Part shown: piece after piece, positions 1-7,491 of the stretch
Layout of the letters: the number at the start of each line of letters is the position of its first letter
Numbering within the stretch: the stretch's first letter is position 1
Assembly: GCA_964532205.1 (NCBI GenBank)
Contig: CAZHGQ010000002.1
Coordinates: 1 to 58,828, forward strand
From: an uncultured Candidatus Saccharibacteria bacterium
GTDB lineage: Bacteria > Patescibacteriota > Minisyncoccia > Phycocordibacterales > JAKAEA01
Reading direction: 5' to 3'
Length of the DNA stretch: 58,828 nucleotides
The notes under the pieces: model-generated
What the model saw: only the letters and a program-made list of their open reading frames with translations
Database searches by the model: none
What the model was told of the DNA's origin: nothing
Program-made: the position numbers and the translations under genes

Positions 1-2
1 TT

Positions 3-1883
3 TTGTTTGAATTTATCGATGATATGAATCACTTTGCTAAATCTGTAGCCGATGTGATGTTGCTGTCAAAAGGTTCTGGCGGTATTGGTGCGTCAGTGAC
101 AAAACTCCGCGCCGCTGGTTCACCATTGAAATCAAACAATGGTACTTCAACCGGTCCGACACCATTCGCAAAAATTATCGACACAGCCATTCGCGCCATC
201 CAGCGTGGTGGTAAAAAGAAAGGTGCACTTTGTTTCTACATGGAAAACTGGCACCTCGATTTTCCTGAGTACATCGACTGGAAACATAATGCCGGTGACG
301 ACTACATGCGTATGCGTACAGCCAATACGGCGGTTTGGTTATCAGATGAATTTATGAAGCGGGTTGAATTGGGTCAGGATTGGTACATGTTTGATCCAGC
401 TGAAACTCCAGATCTCAATGAATTGTATGGTTCAGCATTCAGTAAGCGTTATGCTGAATATATTGAAATGGCCGAAGCTGGCAAAATGCGCACATTCAAA
501 AAAGTACCAGCCAATGAACAGTTCCGTCAGATCTTGGTGGCTTTGCAAACAACCTCACACCCATGGTTGACGTGGAAGGATACGGTAAACTTGCGTGCGC
601 TCAATAACAATACCGGCACGATTCACATGTCGAACCTTTGTACCGAAATTTGTTTGCCTCAAGACAAAGATAATGTGGCTGTTTGTAACCTAGCTTCGCT
701 CAACTTGGCAGCACATGTGCGCAATAAAGAAGTGCAGTGGTCACGTCTGGAAGAATCAGTGCGCTTAGCTATCCGCCAACTCGACAACCTGATTGATATT
801 AATGTGTTGCCAATTCCTGAAGCTGCTAAGTCAGATAAAGAAAATCGAGCTATTGGTCTCGGGGTCATGGGTTTTGCTGACACACTCGAGCAGCTCGGTA
901 TGTCATACGACTCTGAACATGCCTGGGATTTTGCCGATCGAATTTTTGAATTCGTGAGTTATATGGCTATTGATGAAAGTGCCAACTTAGCAGCTACGCG
1001 CGGTGCCTACACACACTTTAAGGGTTCTGAATGGTCAAAGGGTAAGGTGCCATTCGATACAATTAGTAAAGTTGAAAAAGATCGCGGTTTGACCGTATCA
1101 GTGACAAAAGAAAGTAAACACCGCGGTTTGAACTGGGATGTCTTGCGCGAGAAGGTTAAGAAAGGTATTCGCAATGCCACTCTCATGGCTGTGGCACCAA
1201 ATGCTAACATCGGTTTGGTGGCAGCGACGACGCCGGGTATTGATCCACGTTTCGCTCAGATTTTCTCTCGAAATAAAATCTCTGGTAAGTATGTTGATAT
1301 CAACCACAACTTAGTCAAAGATCTCAAGAACATGGGTCTGTGGGAAAAAGTTAAGGATGCCATTATTGAACAGCAGGGCGATATTTCGGGCATTGCTGGT
1401 ATTCCTCAGCACCTAAAAGATATTTACAAGACGTCATTTACCACTTCACCGTATGCCTTTATTGAAGTTGCGGCTCGAGCCCAGAAGTGGGTTGATCAGG
1501 GTTTGTCACGAAATATGTATTTGGAAACTCGCGATATTGAAGAAATTATCAAAGTCTACAGCACTGCCTGGAAGAAAGGTGTTAAGACGACATACTATTT
1601 GCACATGAAGCCTCGTCATACGGCTGAACAAAGCACGACAACTGTTAACAAGGCTCAGCAAATTGGTAAGGTTGGTTTTGCAGCTTTGCGTATGAAAGCT
1701 GCTGCTCCGGTAGAAGCAGCACCACAGTCATTTGCTGCTCCATTACAAAAGACACTCGATATACCTGTGGCTCAGCCGGTTATGGTTGAGAAACCAAAAC
1801 CAGCAGTTCAGGAAGAGTCATTACCAGAAACAAAAGGCTTTGTGTCGTTGGAACAATTGCGACAACAGGCTAAGGGAGAATAA
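3..1883 (+). CDS. nrdA: Ribonucleotide-diphosphate reductase large (alpha) subunit, class I; 5-prime end cut by window edge
   Basis: The translation carries class I R1 hallmarks: the NLCTEICLP active-site Cys/Glu loop, MAVAPNANIG, and the radical-transfer pair in TTYYLH. An R2 gene follows directly. About 95 aa follow the YY pair; they are Ala/Pro-rich and contain no Cys. Confidence 0.9.
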   Translation: MFEFIDDMNHFAKSVADVMLLSKGSGGIGASVTKLRAAGSPLKSNNGTSTGPTPFAKIIDTAIRAIQRGGKKKGALCFYMENWHLDFPEYIDWKHNAGDDYMRMRTANTAVWLSDEFMKRVELGQDWYMFDPAETPDLNELYGSAFSKRYAEYIEMAEAGKMRTFKKVPANEQFRQILVALQTTSHPWLTWKDTVNLRALNNNTGTIHMSNLCTEICLPQDKDNVAVCNLASLNLAAHVRNKEVQWSRLEESVRLAIRQLDNLIDINVLPIPEAAKSDKENRAIGLGVMGFADTLEQLGMSYDSEHAWDFADRIFEFVSYMAIDESANLAATRGAYTHFKGSEWSKGKVPFDTISKVEKDRGLTVSVTKESKHRGLNWDVLREKVKKGIRNATLMAVAPNANIGLVAATTPGIDPRFAQIFSRNKISGKYVDINHNLVKDLKNMGLWEKVKDAIIEQQGDISGIAGIPQHLKDIYKTSFTTSPYAFIEVAARAQKWVDQGLSRNMYLETRDIEEIIKVYSTAWKKGVKTTYYLHMKPRHTAEQSTTTVNKAQQIGKVGFAALRMKAAAPVEAAPQSFAAPLQKTLDIPVAQPVMVEKPKPAVQEESLPETKGFVSLEQLRQQAKGE

Positions 1884-1898
1884 TTAATCTAAACGTAT

Positions 1899-2900
1899 AT
1901 GCTCATTGGAAAAGCTTCACCAGAAGACATGAATTTGCACCCATTTCACTATAAATGGGCGTACGATTTGTATAACCAGGCAGTTCGAAACACGTGGTTT
2001 CCGCACGAAATTGCTTTGAAGGAAGATATTGAGGATTGGGAAAAAATGACTGAGGATGAACGACATGCCGTAAAGTTTTTGATGGCTTTTTTCAATCCGG
2101 CCGAACTTATTGTGAATCGTTCAATTGCGCTTGGTATTTACCCATATTTAAAATCACCAGAGTGTCATTTGTATTTGGCTAAGCAAATGTGGGAGGAAGC
2201 CAATCACTGTGTGGCTTTTGAATATGTGTTGGAAACATTCCCATTTGATCGTGAAAAGGTTTTCAATACTCACCTCGAAGTGCCCTCAATGCGAGCCAAG
2301 GAAGACTTCATCAATCGCTACATGAAGCGCATGACTGAAGATGCGCTTGATATTACAACCACCGAGGGTAAGAAAGATTTTATTCGTAACCTGGTAGCCA
2401 CAAATATTGTCATGGAAGGTACCTGGTTCTACTCAGGCTTCATGGTGGCTCTGTCATTCCGTCAGCGCAATCAACTCCGTAACTTCGGTTCAATGATCAA
2501 CTGGGTCTTGCGCGATGAATCATTACACTTAAAGTTCGGTATGAATTTAGTCCATAATATTTTGGAAGAAAATCAGGAATTATTGACTGAAGAATTTGCC
2601 GCTGAAATTCGTGATATTGTGATTGAAGGTGTTGATTTGGAAGTCGCCTACAACAAAGACCTATTTCCAAATGGTATTTTGGGTCTCAATGCTGACTATG
2701 TGAATCAGTATGTACAGTATGTGGCTGATCGTCGTTTGGAAGAATTGGGTTTGCCAAAGCACTACAATGCGACTAACCCAGCAAAATGGATGAGTACAGC
2801 TACCGACGTCTTTGAACTGGTCAACTTTTTCGAAGCCCAAAACACTTCATACGAAGTCGATGTGAAAGCTCACGATTCTAAAAAGGAAGAGACTAAATAG
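1899..2900 (+). CDS. nrdB: Ribonucleotide reductase small (beta) subunit, class Ic-like (R2c type)
   Basis: Ferritin-like R2 ligands are readable: E69 (FNPAELIV), E100-x2-H103 (WEEANH), Glu in MEGTWFYSGF, and E-x2-H in RDESLH. The residue at H103+4 is Phe107 (TTT 2217-2219) where class Ia/Ib carry the radical Tyr. The first ligand is Glu rather than Asp. The gene starts 15 nt after nrdA. Confidence 0.9.
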   Translation: MLIGKASPEDMNLHPFHYKWAYDLYNQAVRNTWFPHEIALKEDIEDWEKMTEDERHAVKFLMAFFNPAELIVNRSIALGIYPYLKSPECHLYLAKQMWEEANHCVAFEYVLETFPFDREKVFNTHLEVPSMRAKEDFINRYMKRMTEDALDITTTEGKKDFIRNLVATNIVMEGTWFYSGFMVALSFRQRNQLRNFGSMINWVLRDESLHLKFGMNLVHNILEENQELLTEEFAAEIRDIVIEGVDLEVAYNKDLFPNGILGLNADYVNQYVQYVADRRLEELGLPKHYNATNPAKWMSTATDVFELVNFFEAQNTSYEVDVKAHDSKKEETK

Positions 2901-3665
2901 TTATTTCTGAACGGGTTCGCGAAAGAATGAATGCGAACGGAGAAAACGGCTCACGCCGTTTTCTTTTGGATATGAGCGGACTTCAACACCGGCTTTACCA
3001 ATAACAGCGTATGTGGCAGGTAGTTTTGTCCAGCAGCCGGTATTGTGATAGGTGATTGTGGTACCACCAATAACGAATGATTTACTAAAGACTTCGTGAG
3101 TGTGACCGCAAAAGATGGTGGTGGCATTGTGTTCGCGAGCGTAGACAGCTGCCGCATGTGCTAAACGTGAACGTGGCCGAAGCAGGGAGTTATGGATTTT
3201 GTCGATGAGGGAGGTGATAGCTAAATTACCAAAATCGATGTTGCGAATGAATGAATATATTTTAGAAATGATTTCTGTGAAGCGACGACTTTTGCTCATG
3301 TAGTAATCGAACTGATCACCATGAATTGCCAAGTAGCGCACGTTATTATATGTCCAGGCATATTGCTCAACAAAATGTACGCCCACAAGCGGTGACAGGT
3401 TTTTATAGACTTTACGGTCGTGGTTACCGCGTACCCAGATAACTTCTTTATCACGTTTTGGGTTTGTCAGGCTACGAATATAGGAGAGGACCTGCCACTG
3501 TTCGCGATTGAGGCGATTGAGGTTACTGTCTTCAAAAACATCACCCAATAAAATGAGGCGCTTAAAATTGAGATTCTTTAAGAGTTCAAGCAGGAGTTCA
3601 GCCTGAGAAACCTTAATGCCCAAATGAAGGTCGGACACGATTACTGTATCTACCACCGATTGCAT
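2901..3665 (-). CDS. Calcineurin-like metallophosphoesterase (LpxH/YbbF-like branch)
   Basis: Ordered motifs are VSDLHLG (DxH), LLGDVFED (GD), VRGNHD (GNHD), IHGDQFD and CGHTHE. Its stop codon abuts the nrdB stop (convergent, zero spacer). Confidence 0.7.
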   Translation of the reverse strand: MQSVVDTVIVSDLHLGIKVSQAELLLELLKNLNFKRLILLGDVFEDSNLNRLNREQWQVLSYIRSLTNPKRDKEVIWVRGNHDRKVYKNLSPLVGVHFVEQYAWTYNNVRYLAIHGDQFDYYMSKSRRFTEIISKIYSFIRNIDFGNLAITSLIDKIHNSLLRPRSRLAHAAAVYAREHNATTIFCGHTHEVFSKSFVIGGTTITYHNTGCWTKLPATYAVIGKAGVEVRSYPKENGVSRFLRSHSFFREPVQK

Positions 3666-3856
3666 GTGGCTAGTCTAACAGAAAAGGTCGATATTTCATA
3701 GGGAGTTGCACAGTCCGTCAAGGTATCATAATATAGTCCAGTGACCTTAAAACGCCTATTATTCTTTCTGTTGATGCCGATTTACGTGCCGATGGCGCTG
3801 TTTTTGCAGGCTACCTTTGAGTGGTGGGCGGATTTGGGTAAATAACCTACGGGCCA

Positions 3857-3862
3857 TATAAT
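3857..3862 (+). promoter_or_regulatory. -10 box TATAAT 8 nt upstream of ATG 3871 (leaderless-type layout)
   Basis: TATAAT at 3857-3862; there is no purine-rich SD between it and the ATG. Confidence 0.45.
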
Positions 3863-3870
3863 ATAAAGAT

Positions 3871-4377
3871 ATGACACTTGGAACTCATGCGGTGGTCGGG
3901 GCTTTTGTCGGGGCGGCCGCGGCCCACAATCTGCCTTTGGCGGCCGCGGCCGCTTTTGCTAGTCATTTTTTGATGGACAGTATTCCACACTGGGATTATG
4001 CGATTTTATCGATTCAAAAAGATCCAGCCAACCCCTTAAATGATGATATGGGCAGCAATCGAATCTTATTTTACAAGGACCTTATTCGCACCGGTTTTGA
4101 TTTTGGTCTGGGCCTGTTGATTGCCTTTTTACTTTTCAAGTCGACTGGGCAAACAGTTTTGGTCGGTGCTTTACTTGGTGGCGTATGTGCGGCCTTACCA
4201 GATGCTTTACAATTTTTGTACTGGAAAGTTAGAAAAGAACCACTTATTTCCTTACAACGCTTTCATCTATTTATGCATGCTGATCATGATTTTAACAATG
4301 AACCAATCATCGGTTTTTTGATGCAGGCAGCGATTGTGGTATTGGTGGCAGTACTCAGTGCACTCTTCTTTATATAA
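3871..4377 (+). CDS. Small polytopic membrane protein, possibly YdjM/DUF457-like membrane-bound metal-dependent hydrolase
   Basis: 168 aa and hydrophobic throughout. It has an N-terminal GTH motif and HFLMDSIPHWDY (H-x3-D-x3-H), as in DUF457. The family call is from memory only. Confidence 0.4.
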   Translation: MTLGTHAVVGAFVGAAAAHNLPLAAAAAFASHFLMDSIPHWDYAILSIQKDPANPLNDDMGSNRILFYKDLIRTGFDFGLGLLIAFLLFKSTGQTVLVGALLGGVCAALPDALQFLYWKVRKEPLISLQRFHLFMHADHDFNNEPIIGFLMQAAIVVLVAVLSALFFI

Positions 4378-4378
4378 T

Positions 4379-5644
4379 ATGAAACAGTACCACTATCTCT
4401 ATTCGATCGCGATTTTAGCTACACTAGCGTTGGTAGTCTGGTTGTTTATGATGGTGCAGCCACGCCAGCGTACGTTGGCTACATATGTGGCGCGTGGTGT
4501 AGTGTCGCCGGCCGCCGCGGTGCAACTGTCATTCAAAAATGATGGCACGGTTATTGTTATAACCAAGAAAGATGGTGATGAAGTAGCGGCCGGCGACCTC
4601 ATAGCCGAACAGCGTCATGACCATATTCAACTCATGCTGAATAATGCACGTAAGTCTGTTGAGGCGGATGAAGCACTTATTGCCACCACCACAGCGGCTT
4701 TGCAAAAAGCCTTAGCCACAGCTTCTTCAACATATTCAATTTTAGCGGACGATCAATTCAAAACAATTTTGCAACAATCATATAGTGATATTGAAGATGT
4801 AATCTTTAATAAAACGGATCAGATTTTTATTAATCCAAAATCAGATAAACCACAGATTGCTTTTCCGGCAGATGCAGCTACCAAAATCAGTATCGAAAGT
4901 GGGCGAGTGGAAATCAGTAATCGTTTAGCTGTTTTAGCGCCAGCGATGAATGTATTGGCCTCAAGCACCAATCCATTGACAGTAAGTGAAACACTGAAAA
5001 AAGATGCCGCCGAGATTAATCTGTATCTCGACACGATTACCACGACATTTACTGGTCTGACACCAAATTATGGTTTGTCATCTTCAACCTTGGCAGTCTG
5101 GAACAGTGATATTGCATTGGCACACAAAAAAATTACAAATACTATTACAAAATTAGTTGCTGCTGAAGCAATATATAAAGGCCCAGCTGCAACCACTTCT
5201 CTGGTGTTTAAACCAAGTCAAAACTTACAAACAGAACTGGATCGTTTGCAGCAAAAGAAGTTATCAAATCAACGAAAAGTCAGTCAGTATACTGCAGCGT
5301 TGGCTGATACGTATTTGTACGCACCATTATCAGGTTACATAGCTTCAATTGCAGTTAATGAACAGCAGTATGTGGCGGCGCGTCAGCCGGTAGCGGCCAT
5401 TACCACTTCAGCTTTATATCAAATTCAACTTTCTATCCCCAAAGAAATGGTGGGTGCGGTAGTGGTAGGTAGCGCAGCTGATGTCAAAATTCCGGCTATT
5501 GCCAAAACCTATCGCTCGGTTGTGGCTGCCCTTAACCCTGATCCGCAGTCTGTTTCAATGTACAAGGCCACCATTCAACTCTTAGAGGCCGATACGCTTA
5601 TTAAACCTGGCGTCACAGCTGAAATCACTATGCATTTAAAATAA
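4379..5644 (+). CDS. HlyD-family / membrane-fusion (periplasmic adaptor)-like protein, no partner transporter adjacent
   Basis: N-terminal TM helix, a lipoyl-like hairpin (KKDGDEVAAGDLIAEQ ... LYAPLSGYIASIAVNEQQYVAARQPVAAI), a long helical middle and a C-terminal beta domain. I moved the start to ATG 4379 because the ORF-track extension from 4334 overlaps the upstream gene. Confidence 0.55.
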   Translation: MKQYHYLYSIAILATLALVVWLFMMVQPRQRTLATYVARGVVSPAAAVQLSFKNDGTVIVITKKDGDEVAAGDLIAEQRHDHIQLMLNNARKSVEADEALIATTTAALQKALATASSTYSILADDQFKTILQQSYSDIEDVIFNKTDQIFINPKSDKPQIAFPADAATKISIESGRVEISNRLAVLAPAMNVLASSTNPLTVSETLKKDAAEINLYLDTITTTFTGLTPNYGLSSSTLAVWNSDIALAHKKITNTITKLVAAEAIYKGPAATTSLVFKPSQNLQTELDRLQQKKLSNQRKVSQYTAALADTYLYAPLSGYIASIAVNEQQYVAARQPVAAITTSALYQIQLSIPKEMVGAVVVGSAADVKIPAIAKTYRSVVAALNPDPQSVSMYKATIQLLEADTLIKPGVTAEITMHLK

Positions 5645-5662
5645 GTGGGGTATACTGTATAT

Positions 5663-5806
5663 ATGAAACAAGCCCTACTTGTGACTTTGATTCTCGTTGC
5701 AGCTATTGCAATTGTTTTTGTTGTTATAGTCTTCGATGTTGGCCGTCATACACCTACAGAGCCTGAGTCGAATGCAATTTCAAACACCATAATTCTTACA
5801 CCATAA
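5663..5806 (+). CDS. 47-aa single-TM small protein (hypothetical)
   Basis: ATG 5663 lies 6 nt after TATACT (5651-5656). The translation is MKQALLVTLILVAAIAIVFVVIVFDVGRHTPTEPESNAISNTIILTP. It is too short for the ORF track. It has the same length and layout as ORF 20256-20399. Confidence 0.3.
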   Translation: MKQALLVTLILVAAIAIVFVVIVFDVGRHTPTEPESNAISNTIILTP

Positions 5807-5807
5807 T

Positions 5808-6110
5808 ATGCAAAGTATAATTCACGCCGATATATTTTTCTTTGTCACTACTATCGCTTTGATTCTGATTTCGATCTGCCTCATTATTGCTCTGATTTAC
5901 ACCATTAGAATCTTACGTAACATATTTGAAGTATCTAATACTGTAAAATCAGAGGGGACAGAAATTATCAATGACATTCGTGAGATTAGTACCAATTTAC
6001 GCGAAAAGACGTCTGGCGCAGGTTTTGGGCTCGGTCTGGCGTTCTTAAAACGATTGTTTGGTTCATTGCATCGCCGACGAAAGCGCAAAGATTATTCATC
6101 AGAAAATTAA
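5808..6110 (+). CDS. Membrane-anchored coiled-coil protein (DUF948-like)
   Basis: 100 aa with one N-terminal TM helix followed by a helical segment. It is adjacent to a YtxH-like gene, as in Firmicutes ytx loci. Confidence 0.4.
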   Translation: MQSIIHADIFFFVTTIALILISICLIIALIYTIRILRNIFEVSNTVKSEGTEIINDIREISTNLREKTSGAGFGLGLAFLKRLFGSLHRRRKRKDYSSEN

Positions 6111-6114
6111 TACT

Positions 6115-6450
6115 ATGAATTCAAAAACAAAAGTAATTATGGGAGTTGGAGCTGTAGCTGCCGCTGCGGCAGTAGCCGGTGCCGTATTTTTATACGGTAC
6201 TGATGCTGGCAAAAAACGTCGCAAGGAAATTAAATCGTGGAGTCTGAAAATGCAGGCTGATGTTGTGGATAAAATTTCGGCTATGAAAGAATGGTCAGAA
6301 GAGTCATATCATGAATTAATTGATAATGTGGCTAAGCGATATGAAACAATGAAAGATGTTAACAGTAAAGAATTAGCTAAGCTCGTGAAAGATTTGAAGG
6401 CACATTGGCGTACACTTCGTAAAACTGTCGAAGCCAAGCGCGTAAAATAA
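6115..6450 (+). CDS. YtxH-like membrane-anchored helical protein
   Basis: Gly/Ala-rich N-terminal TM (GVGAVAAAAAVAGAVFLYG) followed by a charged helical region. The start is set to ATG 6115; the 6058 extension overlaps the previous gene. Confidence 0.45.
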   Translation: MNSKTKVIMGVGAVAAAAAVAGAVFLYGTDAGKKRRKEIKSWSLKMQADVVDKISAMKEWSEESYHELIDNVAKRYETMKDVNSKELAKLVKDLKAHWRTLRKTVEAKRVK

Positions 6451-6451
6451 T

Positions 6452-7198
6452 ATGAGTACATCGTGGGGTCATGTGGCTGACTGGTATGAACAATACCTCG
6501 GTGGTGATGATACGTATCAGCAGAAAGTTATACAACCAAATTTGCTTCGGGCTATGAGCGTTACGGCCGGCGAGCCGGTATTGGATTTGGCTTGCGGTAC
6601 GGGCTATTTTACACTTGAGTTGAAAAACATCGGCGCCGATGTAGTCGGCGCCGATGTTGGTGTTGAACTTATCGCTAAAGCTAAAGAGCAAAACCCAACC
6701 GTGCGTTTTGAGGTCACAGCCTCCGATAACTTATCGTTTGCTACAAACGGATCATTTTCGAAAGTTAGTTGTGTTTTGGCTATTCAAAATATTGAAAAAA
6801 TTAAAGAAACATTTTTGGAAGTTCAGCGTATTTTAAAACCTGGCGGCTCATTTTTTATTGTGCTCAATCATCCAGCTTTTCGTATTCCACATGGTTCAAG
6901 TTGGGGTTACGATAGTGAATCAAATACTCAGTATCGTCGTGTCGATCAATATCTTTCACAAAAACGAGTTAGTATTGAAATGAATCCTGGTCAAAAAAAC
7001 TCACCTACAACAATTTCGTTCCATCGCTCGCTTCAGGATTATTCCAAATTATTAGCCAATTCTGGCTTTACCCTGGCTCGAATAGAGGAGTGGATTTCGC
7101 ATAAGCAAAGTCAGCCAGGACCTCGTAAAATCGCCGAGGACAGGGCTCGCAAAGAAATACCACTATTTATGCTGCTAGAGGCTAAAAAGAGTGTATAA
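6452..7198 (+). CDS. Class I SAM-dependent methyltransferase
   Basis: Motif I VLDLACGTGYFT, an acidic post-I residue (GADV), and LKPGGSFFIV. Confidence 0.8.
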   Translation: MSTSWGHVADWYEQYLGGDDTYQQKVIQPNLLRAMSVTAGEPVLDLACGTGYFTLELKNIGADVVGADVGVELIAKAKEQNPTVRFEVTASDNLSFATNGSFSKVSCVLAIQNIEKIKETFLEVQRILKPGGSFFIVLNHPAFRIPHGSSWGYDSESNTQYRRVDQYLSQKRVSIEMNPGQKNSPTTISFHRSLQDYSKLLANSGFTLARIEEWISHKQSQPGPRKIAEDRARKEIPLFMLLEAKKSV

Positions 7199-7254
7199 CC
7201 CTATCGACGGCCCATTGAAGCTTGCTATAATAGGGTATCTAATCACAAACGCTT

Positions 7255-7461
7255 ATGACTCACTATGTATGTCCTGAATGTCGTGCTGTGTCTCATTACC
7301 CAGGTCGTTGTCAAACCGATGATTGTATTTATCAGGGCTTGGAATATAAAACATGTACGTGCGAAGATGGTCAGCATGAAGGGGTTGTTAATAAGTCTGA
7401 TGCTAATCCCAGTGACGATTTGGTCAAAGAAACAACATTAGATTTAGATAACACCCCATAA
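7255..7461 (+). CDS. Small Cys-rich (zinc-ribbon-like) protein with acidic tail
   Basis: CPEC-x11-C-x5-C, then C-x-C. It has its own terminator. Confidence 0.4.
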   Translation: MTHYVCPECRAVSHYPGRCQTDDCIYQGLEYKTCTCEDGQHEGVVNKSDANPSDDLVKETTLDLDNTP

Positions 7462-7489
7462 AAAAAACCGCCTCACGGCGGTTTTTTTT
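7461..7489. terminator. Bidirectional intrinsic terminator
   Basis: A7-CCGCC-TCAC-GGCGG-T8 between convergent genes. Confidence 0.8.
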
Positions 7490-7491
7490 AT

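Noticed and set aside
3741-3845. 34-aa GTG-initiated hydrophobic ORF in the 205-nt divergent spacer.
   Set aside because: It has a non-ATG start, no supporting signal other than a weak CATAAT box 8 nt upstream (3727-3732), and no paralog in the window. The evidence is too weak to call.
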